From an uncultured Gammaproteobacteria bacterium (GTDB taxonomy: Bacteria > Patescibacteriota > Microgenomatia > Levybacterales > UBA12049), in NCBI GenBank assembly GCA_964474445.1, contig CAYYSJ010000001.1, forward strand, positions 14,530 through 78,529: 64,000 bases of DNA. Direction: 5' to 3'. Under the pieces are notes generated by a model. It did not search any database, was not told where the DNA came from, and saw nothing but the letters and a program-made list of their open reading frames with translations. The first letter of the stretch is position 1. Each line of letters starts with the position of its first letter. Of this stretch, positions 1 through 13,045 are shown piece by piece. The position numbers were made by a program, and so were the translations under genes.

Positions 1-342
1 ATAACCATATCTAATCGAGAAAAAGAAGACAGAGAAATGTTATCTTCAATTTTTCTTGAAATTATTTCCAATAGAAATAACAGATTGCATTACAGTACAG
101 GAGGATTGCCATTTTTGTTATATATATTGATTCTTGTGTCAACGTTTATGGTGATACTGTTATCACTATTTATAGCTGTAGATAATGTTGTTATCGACTA
201 TATGTTTACTTCATCTATTGCCATTCTGGCATTCTTAATAATTACCATAATAGATGATCTCAATCATCCTTTCAGACCGGGTACATGGCATATTTCAGCT
301 AAGAAACATAGTAAGTTATTAGGTAAAGTTAATAGCTTATAA
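1..342 (+). CDS. C-terminal part of a DUF4239-like membrane protein, probably truncated by the window edge
   Basis: Two hydrophobic helices followed by IIDDLNHPF, resembling the C-terminal D.PF motif of DUF4239 proteins; the frame is open from base 1. Confidence 0.5.
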   Translation: MTISNREKEDREMLSSIFLEIISNRNNRLHYSTGGLPFLLYILILVSTFMVILLSLFIAVDNVVIDYMFTSSIAILAFLIITIIDDLNHPFRPGTWHISAKKHSKLLGKVNSL

Positions 343-619
343 GTTCGATTAACTGATATCTTAAGACTAGATTAATCCTCTAAACACCCGACAAATGAAA
401 TTGGAAGTACAAAGTTATATACGACCTACTGATATAGTTATTAACTTCGTGATAACTTCCCCACTCAGGGTCTACAGGAATTACTTCTATCGTACTTGCT
501 TATAGTAGTTTGAAGACATGCCAGATGCCTCCAAACAAATTAAAAAGTAATATGACCCTCTTCTTTACCAGAAACGACATGAAATCCAACCAGAAGGAAC
601 AGCCCGCTCTCAACATCCT

Positions 620-1327
620 TCAATGTTGATCTAATACGGTGACAAACTGCAAAATATTAATATGAGACCACCTAGTGATGTCTTTTAAACATTGTTTTGT
701 CACTTCTTCTTTTATATCTACAGGAAACTTTGTTGCAAAATAACTTCCATCTGGATAACGGAGAACGGGATTATCGTCCCGTGTTTTTATACGTGCGATA
801 ACTGGAGACATAAGAATTGATCCTTTGACCTTTTCTTGAGGTAAACCAAGTGCCTCTGCAATAAAAAGAGCAGCTGATATAGCAGTGCTATATTCCTCAG
901 CGTATTCTTTTGCACCCTCTGAAGAATCCGTAACTTGAGTAGTTGCAAATCTCGGAAGGCCAATTGTGGGAGGAACAACTATCTCACCTTGGTTAACTAT
1001 CGCAGCAACAACTAATTCACCTAATGTAGTTCCTCTAAAAAAATCCGCTCCATCTTGATAATAAGTACGTCCCCTATCTCTATTTTCTCTCCATAAAAAT
1101 CCTCTTTTAGGATCAGTATAATTTGAAAGTCCTTCCTGTGAAATATCTGTGTGTTCTATTAACTTCATTAATTCGCTGGACCTCCAGGCAATTGACTCTT
1201 TTTTCGTTTGGGTAAAAACTAGAGTAGGTCCCTCAGAATCTAACCCGGGCAAATCTATAGGGACCGTAATAGAACCTACTTCTGTTTTACCAACTCTAGC
1301 AAAAAAACCTGTTCGACGTTTTCTCAT
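620..1327 (-). CDS. hypothetical protein, 235 aa
   Basis: Long ORF; TATAAT lies 6 nt before the ATG; no recognised family. Confidence 0.65.
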   Translation of the reverse strand: MRKRRTGFFARVGKTEVGSITVPIDLPGLDSEGPTLVFTQTKKESIAWRSSELMKLIEHTDISQEGLSNYTDPKRGFLWRENRDRGRTYYQDGADFFRGTTLGELVVAAIVNQGEIVVPPTIGLPRFATTQVTDSSEGAKEYAEEYSTAISAALFIAEALGLPQEKVKGSILMSPVIARIKTRDDNPVLRYPDGSYFATKFPVDIKEEVTKQCLKDITRWSHINILQFVTVLDQH

Positions 1328-1525
1328 AGAGGGATTATATACATTATTTATCTTTTGCTCAAATTTAGAAGTATATTTCTTCTATGTGAAAAGTGTCCAA
1401 GTAAGGGTTCGAAATAATTTGTATCGCCCGCTCAAGCTAATCTCTCTCAGAGCTTCGAGGTACATTTCTTCAAAATACATAATAAAATCATATGGTGCGA
1501 CTACCTTAATTATAAAATCCTATAG

Positions 1526-1555
1526 TTGACTATAATGGTTATAGTATGATATACT
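1526..1555 (+). promoter_or_regulatory. sigma70-type promoter with an internal inverted repeat
   Basis: TTGACT (1526-1531) and TG-N-TATACT (1550-1555), 7 nt before ATG 1563; inverted repeat ACTATAA-tgg-TTATAGT at 1529-1545. Confidence 0.5.
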
Positions 1556-1562
1556 CCTCCCT

Positions 1563-2330
1563 ATGGTTTTTGAAGCTAATTTTCGACAAAAACTTACAAG
1601 GCAAGAAGCACGTGGTCTAGAAGCTACGAGAATTACTTCTCGAAATGCTCAAGTAGATGGTTACTTCTTTGGAATGCATACAAGATACAGATCTTATGAT
1701 AAAGATGATGAAAGGAGTATAAATCCTCTTGTCCAAGCCCTTTCTTTAAAATCTAGTGCAAATGAAAGCCAGAAAAGGGAAACACGAAGAGTAAGAAGAT
1801 TTAAAAGAAGGTGGAGACATTTAGAAAAGAAAAAAAATGGTTCTATAGTAAGTCAAATTGCTAATATTATAGACAATAATGAGCAAGGTCCTTCTTTTGG
1901 TAAAGGTTTAGTAGGCTTATTTGACGGATATATTTATAAACGAATAGAAAAGTTTCAAATTGGAAATAATTTCAAAATTGATCGGTCTCGATCATTTAAA
2001 GTGGATACAAAAAACAGAAGTGTGACGAAACTCTATGTAGGAACTAAACGTTATGTTAGTCACAGCGACATAAATAATGCAACAGGAGAAGTCACCAGTC
2101 GCTTAGATTCAGGCCATCTTGCAGAGATGAGATTGAGACCTTTTGGAAGAAAAGTCACTGTATTAAAATTAGATAGATACTCATCAGACTATATTACTGG
2201 ACAGTTTACACAGACAGAAATTGATTTTGCAGAAAGAATGTCAAAATTAGATATTGTTGTGATTAGTTCGGAGGGAGAGTTAGTAGAAGCAAATAAACCA
2301 AGAAGAAGGACTTCTGCATACGACTTTTAA
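1563..2330 (+). CDS. hypothetical basic protein, 255 aa
   Basis: Long ORF with a promoter directly upstream; no recognised family. Confidence 0.65.
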   Translation: MVFEANFRQKLTRQEARGLEATRITSRNAQVDGYFFGMHTRYRSYDKDDERSINPLVQALSLKSSANESQKRETRRVRRFKRRWRHLEKKKNGSIVSQIANIIDNNEQGPSFGKGLVGLFDGYIYKRIEKFQIGNNFKIDRSRSFKVDTKNRSVTKLYVGTKRYVSHSDINNATGEVTSRLDSGHLAEMRLRPFGRKVTVLKLDRYSSDYITGQFTQTEIDFAERMSKLDIVVISSEGELVEANKPRRRTSAYDF

Positions 2331-2556
2331 GCATCCTGAATATCCAAAACCATAGTAACAGCAGCTATATTTTTTGAATTCTTTGTCTTGGATATTTCGT
2401 TTTCATATTCTAAGCCTTATTATACATCGATGATCCAAATCTATGAGTATATAAGCAAATAAATTTAAAGGAAGTAGAGCTGCCCTTGTACCAAAAATAC
2501 ATGGCGATTTGTTGTCAAAATTAACAATAATTGAGATAATAAATAAACTCTGTTAT

Positions 2557-4062
2557 ATGACATCTGAGCAGTACGGCATACATAGTAAGCCAACAGCCAT
2601 TCCTATTGAATCATATAAAGGAGCACCTCATTCCCCAAACCAGATCAATAGAACATTTTTCAGAAAAATGTGGTCAAGCAGACTTCAACTAGGAGAAAAA
2701 CTCAAAAGAAAAAATGAATTTGGACTTTTTGATGGTGAGCATCCTGCTCATGCTGCTTTGCGAGCTTTGGAATTGAATACAAAACAGCACACCTTGCCTG
2801 ATAAATCAACTCATCTCCAAACGGAAGCGGGCAATAGACACTTTCATGCAACATGGGTCGTGGATCATGCGAAAAGTTGGCCTTCATTGTTGTCTTTAGC
2901 ACAAGGTGAAATTGTTGTAGATGGACAAACACTTACTTCACCCACTATTACAATGGATACGCTTGCTAGTCAGGTAAAAGATCTCAGTCATGTTTCTGAA
3001 AGAAATCCAAAAAAAACAGTATATACAGGAGTATTAAGCAGGGATAGCAAGCATATTGAAGGCGTAAATATCCCCCATGATCGTGCAGACAGCTTGCCTG
3101 CGCTTATTTACAACATTGCTCTTTTACAACAAGAAGGACGGGACTTATTTGCCGAAGTCCCATATTTAATGACAACAGTGAACGATTTTTTGGAAAGTTA
3201 TATCAAAGACTATACGCTTGGAAAAGAAGATGCATATAATCCAAAAGGTGGAGACTGGGTTGATACAGTAAGACGAAAATTTCCGACGTGGAATGTTTTG
3301 TGGCAATTAAAAATGCAGCAAATTATTGAAGGTTGGCAACAAAAAGGGATGGAATTTGATGCACTCAAACATCATCCAGAGTTTAATTCTCAAACAACAA
3401 CGGATTTACTGACTAGAGAATATATCCATGACGAAAGAAATGGTGGGGATGGGCAACGATATCTTATTGATTACGCAGGAAAAGATGTATGTAGTACTGA
3501 TGCGAATGTATTAGCACTCCAGCTTGAGTTATTTGATCCAAAGATGCGCATGGATATAGTCCATGCATTAGAGGGCCGGCCTGAGTTGTTTGCCCTTTAT
3601 CCTATGCTTATGATGCATATTCCCTATACTAAGCATGGTCTTTCTCAATCACTCGTTGCGAGACTCGGTTCTCGACGCTACCACAGTGTTATTTGGCCGC
3701 ACATGGGAGCTATGTACATCCAAGGACTCCTCAAGCTTGCAGAACACGATCCTGAACATAGACAAGAACTATTAGATTATGCAACTCCCCATCTAAAATC
3801 TCTTAACGAGTGTATTGAAAGATTTGGATTTGCAGAAACAATTGATCCAAAGGGAAAGTCATTCAATCCTAAAACAGGAAGATTTGAGCCGGGAGATTAT
3901 TATAAAACGCTATTTATCCGTTCGGAAAATCCACTCACCATGTTTGCTGCGAATTATTTGGGAATTTATGCTATTGCTCAAAAAATGAAAGAACAAGGAA
4001 TAGCAGTCGACATACCTACCATTATGACAGACAAGAAGCTGGAGCATGTCACAGCAGTATAA
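2557..4062 (+). CDS. glycogen-debranching/amylo-alpha-1,6-glucosidase-like (alpha/alpha)6 glycoside hydrolase, divergent
   Basis: C-terminal RRYHSVIWPHMG resembles the YH..IWP motif of GDE-type hydrolases; also DWVDTV and FAE; ATG 2557 preferred over TTG 2509. Confidence 0.55.
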   Translation: MTSEQYGIHSKPTAIPIESYKGAPHSPNQINRTFFRKMWSSRLQLGEKLKRKNEFGLFDGEHPAHAALRALELNTKQHTLPDKSTHLQTEAGNRHFHATWVVDHAKSWPSLLSLAQGEIVVDGQTLTSPTITMDTLASQVKDLSHVSERNPKKTVYTGVLSRDSKHIEGVNIPHDRADSLPALIYNIALLQQEGRDLFAEVPYLMTTVNDFLESYIKDYTLGKEDAYNPKGGDWVDTVRRKFPTWNVLWQLKMQQIIEGWQQKGMEFDALKHHPEFNSQTTTDLLTREYIHDERNGGDGQRYLIDYAGKDVCSTDANVLALQLELFDPKMRMDIVHALEGRPELFALYPMLMMHIPYTKHGLSQSLVARLGSRRYHSVIWPHMGAMYIQGLLKLAEHDPEHRQELLDYATPHLKSLNECIERFGFAETIDPKGKSFNPKTGRFEPGDYYKTLFIRSENPLTMFAANYLGIYAIAQKMKEQGIAVDIPTIMTDKKLEHVTAV

Positions 4063-4150
4063 CTACTTTACCGTCATTTATTCATTCAAAGCATTAAGCA
4101 TGCCAAAGCCCAGTGGACAATGAAAAGTAATTGTTATACGCTATCACTAT

Positions 4151-4429
4151 ATGTCTGAGCAACAACCACCGGTTCCCCAATCACCTTCTGTTGATGAATC
4201 TCGCCCAAAACCTGGGAAAGGCGGAAGGTTCACTCTCCGATCATTACCAGAGGAGCCTGCTCCTCACCCTCTTCAAGGTAATCGGTATCACCAAGAAGAA
4301 CCTCAATCTCCAATACGCGAAAAACTTTTTGAGGGCTTAAAGACTGAAATGGAGGGAGATACGGAAGAAGTTGGGGCGTGGGAACTTCCTGGTTTGAAGG
4401 AGCTAGTAAAAGAATACGAAAATAAATAA
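4151..4429 (+). CDS. small Pro/Glu-rich hypothetical protein
   Basis: 92-aa ORF with ATG start filling the intergenic gap. Confidence 0.5.
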   Translation: MSEQQPPVPQSPSVDESRPKPGKGGRFTLRSLPEEPAPHPLQGNRYHQEEPQSPIREKLFEGLKTEMEGDTEEVGAWELPGLKELVKEYENK

Positions 4430-4537
4430 AATATTCAGTTGCATTATCCTCTACATATACTGTCTTCAAATAATGAAATTGAGGTTGTTTGTAGATAGTC
4501 TTTATAGAAAAAATAAGGTAAAAGCGATATCATAGTA

Positions 4538-5302
4538 ATGATGAACTTGAAAAAAATACTTACTGCACAGCTTTTACGAAAAGTTCCCGAAGTTATTATT
4601 TTCTTTTGGATTGTCAAACTCCTTACCACTGCAATGGGAGAATCAACTTCTGACTACTTAGTACATCATATTGACCCTGTTATTGCTGTTATTTTAGGTG
4701 CTATAGGGTTTTCAATTGCAATTGTGTTTCAATTTTGGGCAAGAAAGTATATCGCGTGGATTTATTGGCTTGCTGTTACTATGGTTGCAATCTTTGGAAC
4801 TATGGCTGCAGATGTTGTTCATATTGTGTTGGGTATTCCCTATTTCGTTTCAACGATATTTTTTGCTGTTGCTCTTACCGTTATCTTCATTGTTTGGCAC
4901 AAAGTGGAGAAAACACTCTCCATTCATAGTATCTCAACTCCCCGGCGAGAATTGTTTTACTGGTTAACAGTCATAACGACATTCGCCCTTGGTACAGCTG
5001 CAGGAGATATGACTGCTGTTACATTCAATCTAGGTTATCTCACTTCAGGCATACTCTTTGCTATTTTATTTGCAATCCCACTTGTTACATATAAAGTATT
5101 TCGGCTGAATGAAGCATTTGCTTTCTGGGCCTCATATATAGTTACAAGACCACTTGGAGCTTCATTTGCGGATTGGTTTGGGAGGACACCGGACTTAGGT
5201 GGTATTGGTTTTGGAACTGGACGAACAAGCATTATCTTAACTGTTCTTATTATCCTTTTTGTTGGATATCTTTCAATCACACGAAAAGATACCAAACGCT
5301 AG
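4538..5302 (+). CDS. COG4705/DUF347-repeat membrane protein
   Basis: KVPEV..FFWI.K..TT.MGE..SD start, RRELFYW, TFALGTAAGD, TRPLGASFAD motifs. Confidence 0.85.
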   Translation: MMNLKKILTAQLLRKVPEVIIFFWIVKLLTTAMGESTSDYLVHHIDPVIAVILGAIGFSIAIVFQFWARKYIAWIYWLAVTMVAIFGTMAADVVHIVLGIPYFVSTIFFAVALTVIFIVWHKVEKTLSIHSISTPRRELFYWLTVITTFALGTAAGDMTAVTFNLGYLTSGILFAILFAIPLVTYKVFRLNEAFAFWASYIVTRPLGASFADWFGRTPDLGGIGFGTGRTSIILTVLIILFVGYLSITRKDTKR

Positions 5303-5510
5303 TTCTCTATTTTATAAATTTTAGGATGTCCAAAACAAGAAAAGTTTCCCCGTGCCACTAATTTCGAACGCATGTTATTGAGAGTGACAAAGAATATAAA
5401 CCTCATTACCTTTTAGGCATAACTATTCCGAGTAGACTCCAAAAAGAAATGTTTGCATTTGTAATGGTATTTGCTAAAAAATGGTACTAGTATATAAAGG
5501 AATAATTAAA

Positions 5511-5744
5511 ATGCCAAGATTTGGAAGAACTATATTTAACAAGATATTGTCAGCAGGTACACCTATTGTTGTTCATAGTCCAAAATCTCAACAGAGACGT
5601 GATGGTTTGGGTACTGACCCAGGATGGGTAATCGATACTTCAGATACTGCTGTAGACAGAGCACAAAAAAAATTTGAAGCAAAAGAGGCAAGAAGAAATG
5701 GGGGTCGAGGATTCTTAGGATTTCCCAAGCCTTGGAGAGGTTAA
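5511..5744 (+). CDS. small hypothetical protein
   Basis: ORF with an AAAGGA SD-like sequence upstream of ATG 5511. Confidence 0.45.
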   Translation: MPRFGRTIFNKILSAGTPIVVHSPKSQQRRDGLGTDPGWVIDTSDTAVDRAQKKFEAKEARRNGGRGFLGFPKPWRG

Positions 5745-5837
5745 TTAACCAAATTTGCTAAAATCTCCCAATTTTAATGTAAAGAATACTCGATGTCTAA
5801 GACGAAAACATCTTTGTGGATCCCAAACAGAATGAGA

Positions 5838-6338
5838 TTATTTTAGGTTCCGCACAAATCGTTGTCCGACCAGTTCCATGCCAAAAATTTTTGGTAAATT
5901 TGCTATCATTCGTTGTTGAGCACCCGAGCTCATCTCTGCCACTCCTCCAACATCAATAACCTGTCCCATGGTAAGCCGCTGCCACGGAGCATCTCCACTT
6001 GTTATTATTGGCATAATAGCATCCCGGATTACTTCTGGACTCTTAATGCCAACGTGAATTGATTTACCCCGTCTACCGCCAAAAACTTCTTTCATTTCAA
6101 CAAGCTCGAGTTCTTCTGCATGGCTTATAAAGCGTGCAGTATACCCTGGATGGCCGTGGTATAAAATCGTTACCTGCAAGCACTCTTCCAAAGACGTCTC
6201 ATTTGCTCGGCCAAACTGCATATCAACCGATAAGTCCGGCAAGTTTAAATACTGCCTTTCAGACCCAATTGGACGAAGGTGTTGTTGAAATCGGGATGAC
6301 TCTACCTCTTGTTGAAATAACCGCGCGCGGTCTAACAT
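5838..6338 (-). CDS. hypothetical protein, 166 aa
   Basis: ORF directly preceded by a near-consensus promoter. Confidence 0.65.
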   Translation of the reverse strand: MLDRARLFQQEVESSRFQQHLRPIGSERQYLNLPDLSVDMQFGRANETSLEECLQVTILYHGHPGYTARFISHAEELELVEMKEVFGGRRGKSIHVGIKSPEVIRDAIMPIITSGDAPWQRLTMGQVIDVGGVAEMSSGAQQRMIANLPKIFGMELVGQRFVRNLK

Positions 6339-6346
6339 AGGCTTGT

Positions 6347-6375
6347 AGTTTACAATACCCGTGCTGAGCTGTCAA
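6347..6375 (-). promoter_or_regulatory. near-consensus sigma70 promoter, leaderless geometry
   Basis: Minus strand TTGACA-17 nt-TAAACT, then 8 nt to ATG 6338. Confidence 0.7.
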
Positions 6376-6537
6376 TGGAAGTTGAGTAGTTTTAGAATGG
6401 AATCTTTCCGTTTTTAACATTGGTCATACTTCAGGCGTTTTGACCACCTTGGCTATTCTGCTATATGGTAGAGAGGAAGAAATCATTCTACTTCGCTTGA
6501 TTGAAGGACATTCTAAATGGTGTTATCATTTTGTCTC

Positions 6538-7071
6538 ATGAGTTATTTGGATTCATGGCAGAATTTTTATATCATCACAGGTTCAGCAGCGGCAGGACTT
6601 ACCGGACTCATGTTTGTGGTGATTACTTTGGTCAAAAGTGTTCGAAGTAAAGTCTCGGAGGAGATAATTGCGACATTCACCACCCCCACTGTTGTACATT
6701 TTTCCCTGGCATTTGTCATGTCAGTACTTCTTAGTGCTCCATGGACAACATTTTCATATCTCATCCTTTTACTTTGCCTTGTTAGCATAGGAGGATTTAT
6801 CTATGTCGTTATTGTGGCAAGGCGAATGAAGAGAACAACGGATAACCCAGTAGTTGGAGAGTACACACCAGTTGTTGAAGATTGGGTATGGTACGTTATA
6901 TTCCCACTTATCTTATATACAGCATTTTTTACTGGTGCAATTCTTCTTCCAATGAACCCTTCCCTCATACTATTTGGCATTGGTGCTGTATTAGTACTTT
7001 TAGTATTAGTCAGCATTCATAATGCGTGGGATAGTGTTGTATATATTGTTACGGGAGTGAACAATCAATAA
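6538..7071 (+). CDS. conserved multi-pass membrane protein
   Basis: WQNFY..GSAAA.LTGLMFV..T start and NAWD end; about 5 TM helices; TGnTATCAT 8 nt before ATG 6538. Confidence 0.75.
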   Translation: MSYLDSWQNFYIITGSAAAGLTGLMFVVITLVKSVRSKVSEEIIATFTTPTVVHFSLAFVMSVLLSAPWTTFSYLILLLCLVSIGGFIYVVIVARRMKRTTDNPVVGEYTPVVEDWVWYVIFPLILYTAFFTGAILLPMNPSLILFGIGAVLVLLVLVSIHNAWDSVVYIVTGVNNQ

Positions 7072-7315
7072 AAAACGGTAGTATTCTTGGAATACTGTTT
7101 TGCGAAGGTCTAGGATGATAAGTGTTTACTTTTGACAAATATATACACTCCCATCACTTCAGCCACAACAACAATGGAAAGATAGTCTGCCATAGACCGA
7201 TAGAACCCTGAATAAAAAGTTGCCCAATAACCCTGCACCTCTCACAAGAGTAGTAAGAATACATATATTAATCACCTTTCACCTAAATTTTACAAAAGAT
7301 AGATATACACAGTAT

Positions 7316-7936
7316 ATGGAAGGTAACAGAGTTGAAGGAATCCCAATCGTTACATCTGAAGTTGTTGGGGCTGCGTTACGAAGAAATGCATACTCGCGTG
7401 AAGATCTCCATTGGATAAACAACAAATTGTCTCTCATAGAACCAAATCTTTCAGATTATATATGGAGAAATACGGTTGATGTATTATCTGAAAATTTTGG
7501 TTTTGCTTTAGGTTATGGAATAACAGGCGGATTTGGTAAAAGGCGTGAAAGAAGAATTGCTCAAAATATTGTATTACATACTGTTGCTCTTTTAGCAGAT
7601 CAGGCTGGGTACAATAAAACTGGGAAGTTTAATACTCTTGCCCTTGATGAATTATTGCCAGTCTATTCAATGAGAAAAGACATATTTGCAGTTCTTAGTA
7701 GAGAAAAAGAGGAAGAAAAAAAATATCAAACAGCACGTCTCTCTATCACGGAAAGGTTGACCCGGATTAATAATCCACTTTTGGCAGAAGAAATTGATCA
7801 GATGTCCGGTTATGGTACTCGCTGGCAACGGTGGAGTGAAAGAATAGTACCAAGAGTTCGTCGTTTTCAGGCTGGATATATAACTACTTATGGAGTACTT
7901 GCTGCTATTAGTTTGCAAGCACGGTCACTAGGTTGA
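7316..7936 (+). CDS. hypothetical protein
   Basis: Long ORF converging on the ATPase operon; ATG 7316 preferred. Confidence 0.6.
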   Translation: MEGNRVEGIPIVTSEVVGAALRRNAYSREDLHWINNKLSLIEPNLSDYIWRNTVDVLSENFGFALGYGITGGFGKRRERRIAQNIVLHTVALLADQAGYNKTGKFNTLALDELLPVYSMRKDIFAVLSREKEEEKKYQTARLSITERLTRINNPLLAEEIDQMSGYGTRWQRWSERIVPRVRRFQAGYITTYGVLAAISLQARSLG

Positions 7937-7958
7937 CGGAAACTTCGCACAGTTTTCA

Positions 7959-8251
7959 TTACTGTTTGTTCTCTGGTTTTGGATTGTCCAGGAGTGCTTG
8001 AACACCTAAGAGAATTGTTACCTTGTCTTCTGTTACTGTCATGACCCCTAAATCAACAGGAAATTTTCTTACATCCGCTCCCATGTGCAGTGTAAGTTCT
8101 TTCGTGATGATTGAAATAAAGTTTTCATGCAGGGGCAGGATATCTAACGGACCAAAAGTGTTAAAGGTTGAAATTGCATCAAGTGTTCCTTCAAACAGTA
8201 TAGAAGAAGGATCTTTTATCAAAACAGTGAGTGTATATGTTGTCTCTGCCA

Positions 8252-8252
<1 letters not shown>
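7959..8252 (-). CDS. atpC: F1-ATPase epsilon-like subunit (beta-sandwich only)
   Basis: G.LDILPLHENFIS motif like epsilon G.LGILP.H.P; position after atpD; 97 aa, no C-terminal helical hairpin. Confidence 0.8.
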
Positions 8253-10502
<2,250 letters not shown>

Positions 10503-10512
<10 letters not shown>

Positions 10513-11957
10513 AGTTTTTGTAACTCCTCTTTTCTGCTATCAACGTTTTTCAGAAGCTCTGTAAATGTTTTGGCAGTGATAACGCTTTTTATAACATCAC
10601 GTGTTTCTTGTTGCTCTCTTTTTGCAAGTAGTTTTGCACGATAGTTTTCAATGTCCTCAGGTTTTATGACATCGATCCATAACATCGCAAGCATCAACAA
10701 TTGCACTTCCTGAGGCAGCAACTCTCCAGGAGATTGAGTAAAGAATCGGTAAAATTTCTCTCCACCTTCCATTACCTGTTTCATTTGTTCATTCATCTCA
10801 GCACCAAAGTGTGAGATATTTTGGGTTTTCTCATAGAGTGTGAGCAGTGCAAGTAGTTCTCTATTGAGTGACCTTTCAAGATCACTATGTACTTGCTTTC
10901 CAACACGAGTCACAGAAAGCGTGCTATTGATTGCCGGACGCCTTCCCTGATACAAAATGTTGGTATCAAAGAAAATATGTCCATCGGTCATACTCATAAT
11001 ATTTGTGACAATATACCCGGTTACATCTCCCTCTATTGTTTCAACAACAGGAAGACAGGAAATAGCAACTTCTTTTCCTTTCACCAGAAAATTTCCCGCC
11101 CGCTCAAGCAATTTTGCATGGGTGTAAAAAATATCTCCGGGATATGAATCACGCCCGGGAAAATTCTTTGCAACTAAGGAAATCTCGCGATAAAACTTTG
11201 CATGCGTTGATAAATCATCAAAAATGACCAATGTATCTTTCCCCTGGTCTTTAAAATACTCCGCAATGGTCATTGCTGCGTAGGGTGTAAGAAAAATAAG
11301 GCTTGGGGAGTCATAGGAACTTGTTGCAACCAGAACAACATTGTTTGCGTGCATTTTTTTGAATAAAACGCTTTCTAAATCTTTTAAATCACTTCTTTTT
11401 TTGCCAATTGCTGCATAAATAACAATAGTCCCTTGTTCAATTTGTTGAGTCAATGTATCCAAAAGGAATGATGTTTTCCCGCTTTTCCTATCGCCAATAA
11501 TGAGCTCCCTCTGGCCTTTTCCCATTGGGATAAGCATGTCGACAATGCTTGTCCCTGTATGTAGTGGCTGCTTGATTTTTGCGCGGGCAGAAATCCCTGG
11601 AGGTTCTGTATGAAGAGGTCGAAATTCTTTCGACGTAATTGGTGAATAATCTTTATTCAATAGTTCTCCTAACGGATTTATTGCCTTTCCCAGGAGTGAT
11701 TCACCAACAGGAATGGTAATAATTTCTCCGGTACGGGTCAGTTTCGTTCCCGTGAGTGAGGGCTTTTTTGAGAAACTGAGAATGGTTGTTGTTGTCTCAT
11801 TCATGCTGAATACTTGTCCGACTGCTCCGTCTTCAAAAAGAATCAGCTCGTCCGGTTTAACAGATGGCAACCCTTCAGCAACAACAAGCGGATGGTTAAC
11901 CTCGGTAACAACGCCGTATTCTCCGAGTGAATCTAAGTATTCTTGAAATGTTTTCAT
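10503..11957 (-). CDS. atpA: F1-ATPase alpha subunit
   Basis: GKGQRELIIGDRKSGKT, DDLSTHA, PGRDSYPGDIFY.HAKLLERA, TDGHIF, RPAIN, SVTRVG (Arg finger). Confidence 0.95.
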
Positions 11958-12418
11958 AGAAATGTTTGCAATGCTTGTTGCGCTTTCTTTCTTGCAGAGT
12001 AATCATAGAATTTACCATTCACTGAAAATGTTATGCCGGCAATAAGTGTTGGGTCCTCTTCATAGGCAAGAAGAAATGGGTTTTTTACTATGTCTTGTAT
12101 CTGCTCATACATACTATCAACTGTTGAAGGAGAAGGAGCAAATGCAATGGTACAGGAAATCACGGGAAGTTGTTCTAAAAATGTTTTTGCCTCTTTTGCA
12201 AAGGAAACAAGCTTTTCTTTTTGTGTCGTATCAACACTATTTGCTTGGCAAACGTTTTGAAAGAGGTGAAGTGTATCAGGAGAAAAAGCAGATTGAAGCG
12301 TTGCAACTGTTTCATGTGTCTTGTATTCCATATTCACGATCTCAGATAACAACAACAGCAGTGCTGCTGCTTGTTCCTGTGTCTTCACATTGTCAAACGA
12401 AATTGGTGTTGAGGTCAT
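11954..12418 (-). CDS. atpH: ATP synthase delta/OSCP-like subunit, divergent
   Basis: C-terminal EDPTLIAGITFSVNGKFYDYS matches the delta D..LIGG....G...D.S pattern; synteny. Confidence 0.75.
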   Translation of the reverse strand: MTSTPISFDNVKTQEQAAALLLLLSEIVNMEYKTHETVATLQSAFSPDTLHLFQNVCQANSVDTTQKEKLVSFAKEAKTFLEQLPVISCTIAFAPSPSTVDSMYEQIQDIVKNPFLLAYEEDPTLIAGITFSVNGKFYDYSARKKAQQALQTFL

Positions 12419-13044
12419 ACGGTAAAAATAGCATCATGTTTTGCTTGCTCTATCGCTTTTTCAATGATTGCTTCATGGTCTGCAAGAGAGATACTTTTCC
12501 CAAGGACTTCTGCTGCTACTTTTCTTGTCAGTTCTTTGACTGCCTCATCAAATTGTGCTTTTTGTGCTTGCTTGTATTGTTCCAGTTCTCTCTTTGCTTT
12601 TGTGAGTTCATCTGCGAGTTCTTTATCAATCCGCTCTTGAGCACCTGTGAGTGAGGAATGAAGACTATCCGTGTAGATTTCCAATTCTTCTGTTGCTGCT
12701 TTCTCAAGGTTCTCCTCAATCACACTTAATTCTTTTTTATACAAATCAAGCGCAGTAATAGTCTGTTCTCTAAGTTTTTTCTTCACAGCATCCAATTCTT
12801 CTTTCTGGATGAAACTGCCCTTTGCTACTAGATTCTCTGCTCGTCTATTTGCTTTTTTGAGGATTGCAATCGCTTCTGTATGGGCTTTGAGTAATATTTT
12901 TTCATATTCTCTGAGAACATCTGATTCTTTTGTAAAAATTTTTCGCTCTTTGCTATATACAAAAGAGAAAAATGCGACAATACAAAGAAGTATCAGAAGG
13001 ACTCCAAAAGGAAGAAATGTTTGTGTCAAAAACACTAATTGCAT
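12415..13044 (-). CDS. atpF: ATP synthase b-like stator subunit
   Basis: One N-terminal TM helix, long coiled coil, C-terminal AAEVLGKSISLADHEAIIEKAI typical of b; synteny. Confidence 0.75.
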   Translation of the reverse strand: MQLVFLTQTFLPFGVLLILLCIVAFFSFVYSKERKIFTKESDVLREYEKILLKAHTEAIAILKKANRRAENLVAKGSFIQKEELDAVKKKLREQTITALDLYKKELSVIEENLEKAATEELEIYTDSLHSSLTGAQERIDKELADELTKAKRELEQYKQAQKAQFDEAVKELTRKVAAEVLGKSISLADHEAIIEKAIEQAKHDAIFTV

Positions 13045-13045
13045 A

